From Myxococcota bacterium (lineage in GTDB: Bacteria; Myxococcota_A; UBA9160; UBA4427): DNA of 28,261 nt. Made by a program: the position numbers and the translations under genes. The stretch covers positions 1 to 28,261 of the forward strand of contig JAYZFK010000053.1 in NCBI GenBank assembly GCA_036336835.1, read 5' to 3'. The first letter of the stretch is position 1. Every line of letters begins with the position of its first letter. Shown here piece by piece: positions 8,339-17,291 of this stretch. Below the pieces are notes generated by a model that worked only from the letters and a program-made list of their open reading frames with translations, was not told the DNA's origin and ran no database searches.

Positions 8339-9898
8339 TCACCGGGCGCGCGCAGCGGGAGCGACTTCGGGACCGCGGGGCGCGGTGCGTTCGGACGCCG
8401 TCAGGCGCGTACGCAACGCGCGCAGCGACTCCACCCGATCGGGATGCTGCGCGGCGAGGTTCTTCGTCTGCGCGAGATCGTTTTCGAGATCGAACAGTGC
8501 GACGCCGCGGCGCTGGCGATCGACGATGTTGCGCTGATCGAGGAACCAGGGCGGCTCGGGTCGGCCGCCGCCTCCGCTCTCGAGCAACACCCAGGCCCCT
8601 CGGCGAATCGAGACGCGTCGACTTCGGCTGTGGAAGGTGACCTCGCGGATCGGCGCGTCGCCCGGCTCGCCCAGCAGCGCCGGCATCACGTCGTGGCTGT
8701 CCACAGCTGCGTCGGCCGGGAGGACGATGCGCGCGGCGCTCGCGAAGGTCGCCATCAGGTCGACCAGCGAGATCGTCTCGTTGCTCGTGCTGTCGGCCGG
8801 AATGTGTCCCGGCCAGCGCGCGATGAAGGGGACGCGGTGACCGCCTTCGAACATGCTGTGCTTGGCGCCGCGCAGTGGGCCCATGCTCGCATGGCCGCTG
8901 TGCCGCAGCCGATCGTAGGCGTGGGTCTCAGGCCCGTTGTCGCTGGTGAAGACGACGAGCGTATCGTCCGCGACGCCGGCGCGTTCGAGCGCGTCGAGGA
9001 TCTGCCCGACGGAGTCGTCGAGCTGGTGGACGATATCGCCGTATGCCCCGACGGACGTCGTGCCCCGAAATGCCGGACTCGGAGCGATCGGCGTGTGCGG
9101 GACGGCGGGTGCAAACTCCAGGAAGAACGGTCCTTCCCGGCTCGCCACGCGCTCGATGAACTCGACGGTCCACTCCGTGTAGCGCGGCAGCACCTGCTCG
9201 AAGCGAAAGCCCGGGGCGCGTTGGCCCTGGTGCGCGTGCCTGCCGAAGATCTCCTCCGGAACGTCACCCAGGTCGAACTCCTCGCTGGGCGGCGCCAGGA
9301 CCAGGCCGTCCTCCATGAACGTCCAGCCCGGGCGCGCCAGACCGAAGAAGTGGTCGAAGCCGTGTTGCAGCGGACCATCGACGAGCGGCTGACTCCAGTC
9401 GATGTTGCGCAGCTCGTGGCTGTGCCGAGTGGGGAGCAGCGCATAGCGGCGTCCGAGGTGCCACTTGCCCACCAGGGCCGTGGTGTAGCCGGCCCGCGCG
9501 AGCAGCTCGGGCAGCGTCGGGAGTCCTTCCTTCAGCACCGGCGGGGACGTGGGCCGGAGGCTGTGCTGGACATGCGTCTCGCGCCAGGGCTCGCGACCAG
9601 TCAGGACGCCGTAGCGCGACGGCGAGCAGATCGAGGTCGGGCTGTGAGCATCGAGCAATCGCACGCCCTCGCGTGCCAGCTGGTCGATCCGGGGCGTCGG
9701 AATCTTCGAATCGGGATCGTAGACCCCGACGTCGCCGTAGCCGAGGTCGTCGGCGAGGATCAGCACGATGTTGAGCGCGGGCTCGGCTCGTGCCGAGGAT
9801 CCGGGTCCGTCGGTCGGCGCGCTCGGCACCGGCTGCTCGGTAGGCGAGCAGGCGCAGAGCAGACCGGCAGCGAGCGCGACGCATCGGGCTCGAATCAC
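8339..9898 (-). CDS. Cys-type (formylglycine-dependent) arylsulfatase family, lipoprotein
   Basis: NIVLILADDLGYGD, CSPSRYGVLTGR (CxPxR), GKWHLG, FTSDNG, EGGHRVPFIARWPG. Lipobox LCAC. Confidence 0.95.
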   Translation of the reverse strand: MIRARCVALAAGLLCACSPTEQPVPSAPTDGPGSSARAEPALNIVLILADDLGYGDVGVYDPDSKIPTPRIDQLAREGVRLLDAHSPTSICSPSRYGVLTGREPWRETHVQHSLRPTSPPVLKEGLPTLPELLARAGYTTALVGKWHLGRRYALLPTRHSHELRNIDWSQPLVDGPLQHGFDHFFGLARPGWTFMEDGLVLAPPSEEFDLGDVPEEIFGRHAHQGQRAPGFRFEQVLPRYTEWTVEFIERVASREGPFFLEFAPAVPHTPIAPSPAFRGTTSVGAYGDIVHQLDDSVGQILDALERAGVADDTLVVFTSDNGPETHAYDRLRHSGHASMGPLRGAKHSMFEGGHRVPFIARWPGHIPADSTSNETISLVDLMATFASAARIVLPADAAVDSHDVMPALLGEPGDAPIREVTFHSRSRRVSIRRGAWVLLESGGGGRPEPPWFLDQRNIVDRQRRGVALFDLENDLAQTKNLAAQHPDRVESLRALRTRLTASERTAPRGPEVAPAARAR

Positions 9899-9928
9899 GG
9901 GAAGCGCGGGCTCACCTTGCGGGCTCCA

Positions 9929-10546
9929 TCAGGTGGGCTGCAGAGCCTTGAGGAAGAAGTCGATGATCCGCCTTAGCTCGCGCCGTCGGGCGGTCGAGTC
10001 GGCAGGTGCCGCCACCAGCACGCCGAGGATCGACGTCAGCAGCACACTCGCGAGCTCGGGTGGACCGAGTTCGCTGGCGATCTCGCCGCGCTCGAGCGCG
10101 CCCGTGAGCAGGGCGACGATCGCGTCGCCGACAGCGAAGGTCGAGGGGTCGGCGCCCTCCGGTGGACGCAGCACGCTGGCGATCGCATCGCGCACCAGCG
10201 CGCTGTCGCCGATCTGCTGCTCGATGTCGATCATCGCGTCGCCGAGCGAGCGCAGGTAGTGCTCGGCCCGCGGCGGCGGATCGCGGTCGATTGCAGGCAG
10301 CTGCGCCACGAGCTGCTGCGAGCTGCGCCGCCACAGCTCGAAGACCACGTGTTCCTTGCTCGGGAAGTGGAAGTAGAAGGTGCCCGGCACCACGCCGGCC
10401 GCCTCCACGATGTCGCGGATCCGCGCCTTGGCGGTGCCCACGCGCCGGAACTCGTCGATCGCGAGCTCGAACAGCTGCTCGCGCGTCGCGAGTCGTTGCT
10501 GCTCGCGTCGCGTGCGGGGCGGGGGAGGCGTGAGTGCCGTGGCCAT
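9929..10546 (-). CDS. TetR/AcrR family transcriptional regulator
   Basis: HTH signature IRDIVEAAGVVPGTFYFHFPSKE. Confidence 0.93.
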   Translation of the reverse strand: MATALTPPPPRTRREQQRLATREQLFELAIDEFRRVGTAKARIRDIVEAAGVVPGTFYFHFPSKEHVVFELWRRSSQQLVAQLPAIDRDPPPRAEHYLRSLGDAMIDIEQQIGDSALVRDAIASVLRPPEGADPSTFAVGDAIVALLTGALERGEIASELGPPELASVLLTSILGVLVAAPADSTARRRELRRIIDFFLKALQPT

Positions 10547-10552
10547 GTGAGG

Positions 10553-12283
10553 CTAGGCGGCGGGGGCCGGCTGCTCGCCGCGCACCAGCTTGCCCGGAAA
10601 CGCGCCGGTGGGCTGGCCGTCGCGCATGACCTCGACACCCGAGACGATCGTCGAGACATAGCCACGCGCTTTCTGCATCAGGCGGCGCCCCCCCGCGGGC
10701 AGGTCCGAGACGGCCTCGGGCAGCTCCAGGCGGAGGCCGTCCATGTCGATCACGTTCAGGTCGGCTTTCATGCCGAGCTCGATCGTGCCGCGGTCGTGCA
10801 TGCCGAACAGGCGGGCGGTGTCGCGCGTCATCCGTTGCACCGCGAACTCGATGGGCACGCGCTCGCCGCGCTTCCTGTCGCGTACCCAGTGCGTGAGCAT
10901 GAAGGTGGGGATCGACGCATCGCAGATCAGACCGCAGTGCGCGCCGCCGTCGCCGAGGCCGAGCACTGCTCGTGGGTGGTGCATCATCTCGTAGATCGGG
11001 TCGCAGCTTCGGTACGAGTAGTTGAGCACCGGGACGAGCATCATCGCCTTGCCGCCGTCTTCGAGCATTCGCTCGTAGAGCAGCTCCTTCGGGTCGCGGC
11101 TGTCGCGTTCGGCGAGTCCGGCGATGCTGTCCTCCTCGCGCGGCTCGTAGTCGAGCGGGTTTCCGAGCGGGAACAACTTCGAGTACATCTGCCAGACGAT
11201 CGAGAAGCCTTCGCTGCTGTCCGGCTCGTCGAGGATGCGTCGCTTGCGCGCGGGGTCGCGCAGCGCAGCGACGCGCTCGGCGAGCGGCAGATCCGCGATC
11301 TCTCGGTAGGCGGCCTTGTCGACCCAGGCGTGACGCTCGGTCTGCAGCCCCATCAGCATGCCGAACGGCCGGCCGGCGACCTGCGGGAAGATCTGGGCTC
11401 CCTCTCGGGTTGCCTGCTTCGCGTACTCGAGCAGCTCGCGATACAGCTCGGGCGCCGCATCGAGCTGGACCATCGCGAAGGTGACGGGCCGGCCGATCTC
11501 GGCGGACAGCCGGCGCATCCAGTCGATCTCCTTGATGGGTGCCGCGATGTCCTCGCCGGCGGCGCCCGCGCCCGCGACCTCGAAGACGCCCGTGCCGAGC
11601 TCGCCGAGGGCTCGACCGATGCCAAAGAGCTCGTCCTCGGCGGCGAAGGTGCCGGGTACGGGCTCGCCGTCGAGCGCGCGGTGGGCGATCGTGCGCGATG
11701 TCGAGAAGCCGAGCGCACCGGCGGCGATGCCCTGCTTGACGATCGCGGCCATCTGCTCGATGTCCCCGGGCGAGGCGGGCTCGTTCCGCGCGCCGCGCTC
11801 GCCCATCACGTAGGCGCGCACGGCGGCGTGGGGCACCTGGGTGCCGACGTCGATCGCGAGCGGCGCGCGCTCGATCGCGTCGAGATACTCCGGGAAGGTC
11901 TCCCAGTCCCACTGGATGCCTTCGGACAGCGCGGCGCCAGGGATGTCCTCGACGCCTTCCATCAGCTGGATCAGCCAGGCGTGCTTGTCGCGGTGGGCGG
12001 GCGCGAACCCGACGCCGCAATTGCCGACGACGGCGGTCGTCACGCCGTGGTAGCCGGAGGGTGTGAGGTGGGGGTCCCAGGTCAGCTGCGCGTCGTAGTG
12101 GGTGTGAATGTCGACGAAGCCGGGCGTGACGGTGAGGCCCGCAGCGTCGGTCACGCGAGTCGCCTCGCCGAGTTCGCGACCGATGGCCGTGATCTTGCCC
12201 CCCGTGATGCCGATGTCGGCCTCCCGGGGAGGCGCACCGGTGCCGTCTACGATGGTTCCGCCGCGAAGGATCAGGTCGTACAT
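10553..12283 (-). CDS. N-acyl-D-amino-acid deacylase-like amidohydrolase
   Basis: DLILRGGTIVDGTG, PGFVDIHTHYDAQ, GNCGVGFAP, LGDGGAH, G.KADLNVID. Confidence 0.92.
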   Translation of the reverse strand: MYDLILRGGTIVDGTGAPPREADIGITGGKITAIGRELGEATRVTDAAGLTVTPGFVDIHTHYDAQLTWDPHLTPSGYHGVTTAVVGNCGVGFAPAHRDKHAWLIQLMEGVEDIPGAALSEGIQWDWETFPEYLDAIERAPLAIDVGTQVPHAAVRAYVMGERGARNEPASPGDIEQMAAIVKQGIAAGALGFSTSRTIAHRALDGEPVPGTFAAEDELFGIGRALGELGTGVFEVAGAGAAGEDIAAPIKEIDWMRRLSAEIGRPVTFAMVQLDAAPELYRELLEYAKQATREGAQIFPQVAGRPFGMLMGLQTERHAWVDKAAYREIADLPLAERVAALRDPARKRRILDEPDSSEGFSIVWQMYSKLFPLGNPLDYEPREEDSIAGLAERDSRDPKELLYERMLEDGGKAMMLVPVLNYSYRSCDPIYEMMHHPRAVLGLGDGGAHCGLICDASIPTFMLTHWVRDRKRGERVPIEFAVQRMTRDTARLFGMHDRGTIELGMKADLNVIDMDGLRLELPEAVSDLPAGGRRLMQKARGYVSTIVSGVEVMRDGQPTGAFPGKLVRGEQPAPAA

Positions 12284-12330
12284 GGAGCGCTCCTGTTCGG
12301 CTCACCTTGTGGCTGCGAGAATGCGGGAAC

Positions 12331-12351
12331 TTCGTTGACTCTGTCAATGAA
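12331..12351. promoter_or_regulatory. Candidate TetR operator (imperfect palindrome) between the divergent amidohydrolase genes
   Basis: TTCGTTGAC-TCT-GTCAATGAA: 9-bp arms with one mismatch, an AT-rich island in GC-rich DNA, about 50 bp upstream of the operon containing tetR. Confidence 0.6.
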
Positions 12352-12556
12352 AAGGTGGCATGCTGCGCGCATGGCAGACGGCTTCGTTCTGGCGCCCGCG
12401 AGCAACGCCCCGGTCGCCTGCCGCAGCGGGCTCCAGGCACTGGACGTTTCGGGGTCGGCGTCGGAGAACCCTTCGTCCGGGACGGCGAGCCCTGGCTCGC
12501 GCTGTCGCGGGCGCTGACCGCGCTGCCAGCAAGCGCTGTCCGGAGGAGGATGTGTC

Positions 12557-14212
12557 GTGAGTGCCGAGATCGTGATTCGGGGGGGACTCGTCATCGATGG
12601 CAGTGGGGAGCCGGGGTTCCCCGCGGACGTCGCCATCCGAGACGGGCGGATCTGCGGGATCGGGCAGGGGCTCGACGGCGAGCGGACGATCGATGCGACG
12701 GGCCAGGTCGTGGCGCCCGGGTTCATCGACATTCACACCCACTACGACGCGCAGGTGTTCTGGGATCCGGCGCTGACGCCCTCCTGCTATCACGGTGTCA
12801 CGACCGTGATCGCGGGCAACTGCGGCTTCTCGATCGCGCCAACGCGCGCCGAGCACCGCGAGACGATCGTGCGCACGCTCGAGGGCGTCGAGGACATGAA
12901 CGTCGATACGCTCAACGCGGGGATCCCGTGGGACTTCCAGACGTTCGACGAGTACCTCGCGTCGATCGAGCGACGCGGGACGGCGCTCAACTACACTGCC
13001 TACATCGGCCACACGGCGCTGCGCTTGTTCGTGATGGGCGACGACGCCTACGAGCGCGCCGCGACCGACGACGAGATCGAGCGCATGGGCGGCATGGTCA
13101 CGGCCGCGGTCGAGGCCGGCGCGCCGGGTTTCGCCACCAGCTTCGCGCCGACCCACGTCGGCGTGGCGGGGAAGCCGATTCCGAGCCGCTTCGCCGAGCG
13201 CAAGGAGATCGAGGCGCTGTGCTTCGCCGTCGCGAAGGCCGGCAAGGGCGTCGTCCACTTCGCGCCCGGCGAGAACATCTCGATCCAGGAGCTGTACGAG
13301 CTACAGCCGCGCGTCGGGCGTCCGTTCACCTACGGCGCTCTGCTCACCTTCCCCGGCGGCGGCTACAAGGACCTGGTCGCCCTCAACGACACCGGTCATG
13401 CGGAGGGAGTCTCGGTCTGGCCGCAGGTGTCCCCGCGACCGCTCACCTTCCAGATGACGATGGAGGATCCCTTCACGCTGAACGTCGCGGGCTGTGTGGC
13501 GGCGCTGATGAGCCGAACGCGCGAAGAGCGGATCGCCGCCTATCGCGACCCGGCCTTCCGCGATCGGGTGCTCGAGGAGCTGGTCGGCGGTGTGATGGCC
13601 CCGCGCTGGCACACCTTCGAGGTGGCCGAGAGCGCCGATCCGGCGCTGGTCGACCGCAAGCTCGAGGAGATTGCGGCCGAGCGAGGCGTGCGACCGCTCG
13701 ACGCGATGCTCGACATCGCACTCGACGAGGATCTGCAGCCACGCTTTCGGGCGATCATCGCCAACGACGACCTCGAGGGGGTTGCCTGGCTGCTGACTCG
13801 CGATGGCGTGACGCTCGGGCTGAGCGATGCGGGTGCCCACGTCGGACAGCTGTGCGATGCGCCCCAGGCCACCGACCTGCTCGGCAACTGGGTGCGCGAG
13901 CGCAAGGTGATGCCGATCGAGGACGCGGTGCGACGGCTCTCGGGTCAGCAGGCGGACATCTTCGGCTTCCAGGACCGTGGCTACCTGCGCGAAGGTCATG
14001 CGGCCGACATCGTGATCTTCGATCCGGCGACCGTCGCTCCGGGCCCGATTCGCCGCGTGCGGGACTTCCCGGCCGGCGCCGAGCGGCTCACCGCCGACCA
14101 GCCCACGGGTGTCACCGCCGTGATCGTGAACGGCACGCCGATCGTCGAGGCTGGCGGCCTGGTCGCGGAAGGTGTCGCGGCAAGGCCGGGAGTGCGTCCC
14201 GCCATCGTCTGA
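12557..14212 (+). CDS. N-acyl-D-amino-acid deacylase-like amidohydrolase (paralog)
   Basis: GGAGGAGG RBS. Motifs PGFIDIHTHYDAQ, GNCGFSIAP, LSDAGAH and ADIVIFDP. Confidence 0.92.
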   Translation: MSAEIVIRGGLVIDGSGEPGFPADVAIRDGRICGIGQGLDGERTIDATGQVVAPGFIDIHTHYDAQVFWDPALTPSCYHGVTTVIAGNCGFSIAPTRAEHRETIVRTLEGVEDMNVDTLNAGIPWDFQTFDEYLASIERRGTALNYTAYIGHTALRLFVMGDDAYERAATDDEIERMGGMVTAAVEAGAPGFATSFAPTHVGVAGKPIPSRFAERKEIEALCFAVAKAGKGVVHFAPGENISIQELYELQPRVGRPFTYGALLTFPGGGYKDLVALNDTGHAEGVSVWPQVSPRPLTFQMTMEDPFTLNVAGCVAALMSRTREERIAAYRDPAFRDRVLEELVGGVMAPRWHTFEVAESADPALVDRKLEEIAAERGVRPLDAMLDIALDEDLQPRFRAIIANDDLEGVAWLLTRDGVTLGLSDAGAHVGQLCDAPQATDLLGNWVRERKVMPIEDAVRRLSGQQADIFGFQDRGYLREGHAADIVIFDPATVAPGPIRRVRDFPAGAERLTADQPTGVTAVIVNGTPIVEAGGLVAEGVAARPGVRPAIV

Positions 14213-14244
14213 GCGAAGCTCGGCGCCCCGCACCGAGGAGACGA

Positions 14245-14886
14245 ATGGCCGACCCCGATCCGCAGGCGCTCGCAGACGCCGTGGCGGCGCTTCGCCGCTT
14301 GATCGCCAACCTGCGCAAGACAAAGGCGCCGGCCGAGCTGCTCGGCGAGGTCGAGCGGCAGATCGAGGCGCTCCACCAGCGGCTCGCACCCTACGACCAC
14401 CCCGGTCCCTACATGCAGGGGGTCCTCGACATGGGCGAGGGCAGCATGATTCCGCACGCCCACGAGCCCTCGGTGTTCTTCCCGTACAGCCCGGTCGTCG
14501 GCCCTGCGAACCCGATCGCGCCGCACGTCGAGTTCGTCCAGCAGGGGGAGGAGCTCGTCGCCGAGCACGTCTTCGACGCGCCGTGGTGTGGCCCGCCGGC
14601 GTCCGTGCACGGCGGGGTGGTGGCGCTGGTATTCGACGAGCTGCTGGGCTGTGTGGTCGTGGTGAGCGGGCTCGGAGGCTTCACCGGCACACTGACGATT
14701 CGCTACTGCGCGCTCACACCGATCGGCGAGCCGATTCGCATGCGCGCATGGGTCGACCGCCGCGAGGGCCGCAAGACCTGGGCGAAGGGCACGATGCACC
14801 ACGGCGAGACGCTGTGCGCCGAGGCGGAAGGCATCTTCATTTCGGCGGCGGGACACGAGATGGCCCTTGGACGCAAGGGTTCATGA
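14245..14886 (+). CDS. PaaI-like hotdog-fold thioesterase with N-terminal helical extension
   Basis: GAGGAG RBS before ATG 14245. Motifs SPVVGPANPIAP, GPPASVHGGVVALVFDELLG, TGTLTIRY and AEAEGIF. Confidence 0.88.
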   Translation: MADPDPQALADAVAALRRLIANLRKTKAPAELLGEVERQIEALHQRLAPYDHPGPYMQGVLDMGEGSMIPHAHEPSVFFPYSPVVGPANPIAPHVEFVQQGEELVAEHVFDAPWCGPPASVHGGVVALVFDELLGCVVVVSGLGGFTGTLTIRYCALTPIGEPIRMRAWVDRREGRKTWAKGTMHHGETLCAEAEGIFISAAGHEMALGRKGS

Positions 14887-16880
14887 GCCAGCGGATGAGC
14901 GAACAGCGCTCTGGTGATCTCACCGCGCCGAGCCGGCTGCGCGCGCTCGGCCTCGCAGCGGGATTGCTCGCCTGCGGCGCCTGTGGCGGCGAGACCGGGC
15001 CGGTGCGCTACGACGGCCCGACCGGCGACTGGCCGCTGTACGCCGGTCCGCGCTCGAGCCACTTCTCGCCGCTCAGTCAGATCGACGCCGGAAACGTCGG
15101 GGCGCTCGAGGTGGCCTGGACCCATCGCAGCGGCGACTACTTCGACGGCAGCGGTGACTCGGGGGTGACGGCCGGCCAGGCCACTCCGATCGTCGTGAAC
15201 GACACGCTCTACTACTGCACCCCGTTCATGCGCGTCTTCGCGCTCGACCCCGAGACGGGTGCCGAGAAGTGGATGTTCGACCCGAAACTCGAGGCGCGGA
15301 AGGGCGAGGGGCCCTATCCGCTGGCGTGTCGCGGTGTCTCGTACTGGGAGGATCCTCTCGCACGCGACGAGGCAGCGTGCAAGCGCCGCATCTATCACGG
15401 CACCAAGGACTCCGAGCTGTGGGCGCTCGATGCCGACGACGGCAAGCCGTGCGCGAGCTTCGGAAGCGCTGGGCGTGTCGCGCTGCGCGAGGGCATCGGC
15501 GAGGCCCCGAGCTGGGAGTACTACCCGACCTCGCCCGGCTACGTGATCGGGGATGTGATCGTGCTCGGCGCACTGGTGGCCGACAACGTGCGCGTCGATG
15601 CACCCGGCGGTGTGGTGCGCGCGTTCGATCTGCGCACGGGTGAGCGGCGCTGGGCCTGGGACCCGGTGCCGCCGGACTTCGAGGCCACTCCAGACCCCGA
15701 GACGGGACGCATCTACACGCGCGGCACTCCCAACGTCTGGTCGATCATTGCCGGCGACCCCGAACGAGGACTGGTCTTCGTTCCGACCGGCAATCCTTCT
15801 CCCGATCTCTACGGGGGCCAGCGCGAGGGTATCGACTACTACGGCAGCTCGACGGTGGCGCTCGACGCCGCGACGGGTGCGGTGCGCTGGTCGTTCCAGA
15901 GCGTCCACCACGACGTCTGGGACTACGACGTGCCGAGCCCGGCCGCTTCCTTTCAGATCGAAGGCGTGGGGGGAGGGCGCCCGGGTCTCGCGCAGTCGAC
16001 CAAGATGGGCATGATCTTCCTGCTCGACCGCGAGACCGGCGAGCCGCTGTATCCGGTCGAGGAGCGTCCGGTGCCGCAGGGCGGCGTACCGGGCGAGCAG
16101 CTCTCGCCGACTCAGCCCTTCCCGACCCACCCCGCGCCGCTGCATCCCTACGTCGTCGACCGGGATCACGTGTTCGGCTTCACCCCCTTCGATCGCAGGG
16201 CGTGCGCGGAGTTGGCCGGCAGATACCGCTACGACGGCCTCTACACACCGCCCACGCTCGAGGGGACGATCGGCTTCCCCCACACCAGCGGCGGGATGAA
16301 CTGGGGCGGCGTCGCGATCGACGAGCGGCGCAAGCTGCTGATCGTGAATCAGGTGCACGTCGCGCAGGTCGTGCAGCTGGTGCCGCGCGAACAGGCCGCC
16401 CACATCACGCCCGAGGAGATGGAGTACCCGAACGAGTTCTATCCGATGACGGGCACGCCGTACGGGGTGAAGCGATTCCCGCTGTTCTCGCCGCTGGGCG
16501 CGCCGTGCAACATGCCGCCCTGGGGCAGCCTGACCGCTGTCGACCTCGAGAGTGGCGACGTGGCGTGGCGCGTACCGCTCGGAAACACGCGCGAGCTCGC
16601 GCCGGTCGGCCTCGACATGGGCGTGCCGGCGTTCGGCGGTGGGCTCGCAACCGAGAGCGGCCTCTACTTCATCGGCGCTTCGCTCGACAAGGCCTTCCGC
16701 GCCTTCGACAGCAAGACCGGCCGGGTGCTGTGGGAGACGCGGCTGCCCTTCGACGCCGCGGCGGTCCCCATGAGCTATCGCCTGCGCCCCGACGCGAAGC
16801 AGTACGTGGTGGTCGTCGCCGGGAGCAATCCGCTCTCCGAGATGGGAGACGCGCTGGTGGCGTACGCGCTGCCGGACTAG
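14883..16880 (+). CDS. PQQ-dependent dehydrogenase (glucose/quinate/shikimate-type), probable lipoprotein
   Basis: ATGA overlap with the thioesterase stop. Lipobox-like LLACGAC. Motifs ALDPETG.EKW.FDP, CRGVSYW, HHDVWDYDVPS, GGMNWGG and PCNMPPWG. The start could alternatively be a downstream ATG. Confidence 0.92.
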   Translation: MSQRMSEQRSGDLTAPSRLRALGLAAGLLACGACGGETGPVRYDGPTGDWPLYAGPRSSHFSPLSQIDAGNVGALEVAWTHRSGDYFDGSGDSGVTAGQATPIVVNDTLYYCTPFMRVFALDPETGAEKWMFDPKLEARKGEGPYPLACRGVSYWEDPLARDEAACKRRIYHGTKDSELWALDADDGKPCASFGSAGRVALREGIGEAPSWEYYPTSPGYVIGDVIVLGALVADNVRVDAPGGVVRAFDLRTGERRWAWDPVPPDFEATPDPETGRIYTRGTPNVWSIIAGDPERGLVFVPTGNPSPDLYGGQREGIDYYGSSTVALDAATGAVRWSFQSVHHDVWDYDVPSPAASFQIEGVGGGRPGLAQSTKMGMIFLLDRETGEPLYPVEERPVPQGGVPGEQLSPTQPFPTHPAPLHPYVVDRDHVFGFTPFDRRACAELAGRYRYDGLYTPPTLEGTIGFPHTSGGMNWGGVAIDERRKLLIVNQVHVAQVVQLVPREQAAHITPEEMEYPNEFYPMTGTPYGVKRFPLFSPLGAPCNMPPWGSLTAVDLESGDVAWRVPLGNTRELAPVGLDMGVPAFGGGLATESGLYFIGASLDKAFRAFDSKTGRVLWETRLPFDAAAVPMSYRLRPDAKQYVVVVAGSNPLSEMGDALVAYALPD

Positions 16881-16955
16881 TCGTCGGCGCGGCCGACCTC
16901 GTGCGGTGGCGGGCCGTCTTCGTCCAGGGCGTCGAGATCCCGGTCTCTTGCTGCC

Positions 16956-16968
16956 ACCATCTGATGGT
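16956..16968. promoter_or_regulatory. Perfect 13-bp palindrome, possible repressor site
   Basis: ACCATC-T-GATGGT in an AT-richer patch upstream of the SDR relic and SDR. Confidence 0.35.
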
Positions 16969-17046
16969 TATCATCTGGAGCTGCTCGGGAGGCACGCCAA
17001 CCGGGCGTCTCGACTCAACCGGTCACCGGCCAGCAAGGGAAGCTCC

Positions 17047-17286
17047 GTGCAGACTCTCTCCATCGTCACCGGTGCGGCGTCCGGCATCGGCCGCGCTGCC
17101 GCCGAGCGGCTGGTGGCGCGCGGCGACCGCGTCTTGCTGCTCGACATCGACGAGGCGGGAGGCAAGGCCGCCGCCGCAGAGCCCGGCGAGGTGGCCGCCG
17201 CGATCGAGTTCTTCAGCGGCGAAGACGCGTCCTTCATCACGGGCCAGGTGCTCTCGGTGAGCGGCGGGCTCACGATGGCGGGCTGA
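17047..17286 (+). pseudogene. SDR relic with a large in-frame internal deletion (79 aa)
   Basis: The N-terminal Rossmann segment IVTGAASGIGRA...LLLDID joins directly to the C-terminal EPGEVAAAIEFFSGEDASFITGQVLSVSGG. The NAG and YxxxK motifs are absent. Confidence 0.85.
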
Positions 17287-17291
17287 GAGCG

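Noticed and set aside
4498..12517. Long plus-strand ORFs (641, 871, 573 and 752 aa) and the 842-aa minus-strand alternative frame
   Set aside because: Antisense or off-frame shadows of well-supported genes, with Arg/Ala/Pro-rich or reverse-codon composition.
12307..16880. Apparent large fusion ORFs of 859 aa and 902 aa
   Set aside because: Only the C-terminal parts are real (thioesterase from 14245, PQQ enzyme from 14883). The upstream portions are off-frame overlaps, and an RBS or ATGA coupling marks the true starts.
16906..17046. N-terminal extension of the SDR relic given by the ORF track
   Set aside because: It has no SDR similarity and overlaps a likely regulatory region. GTG 17047 with upstream AAGGGA fits better.
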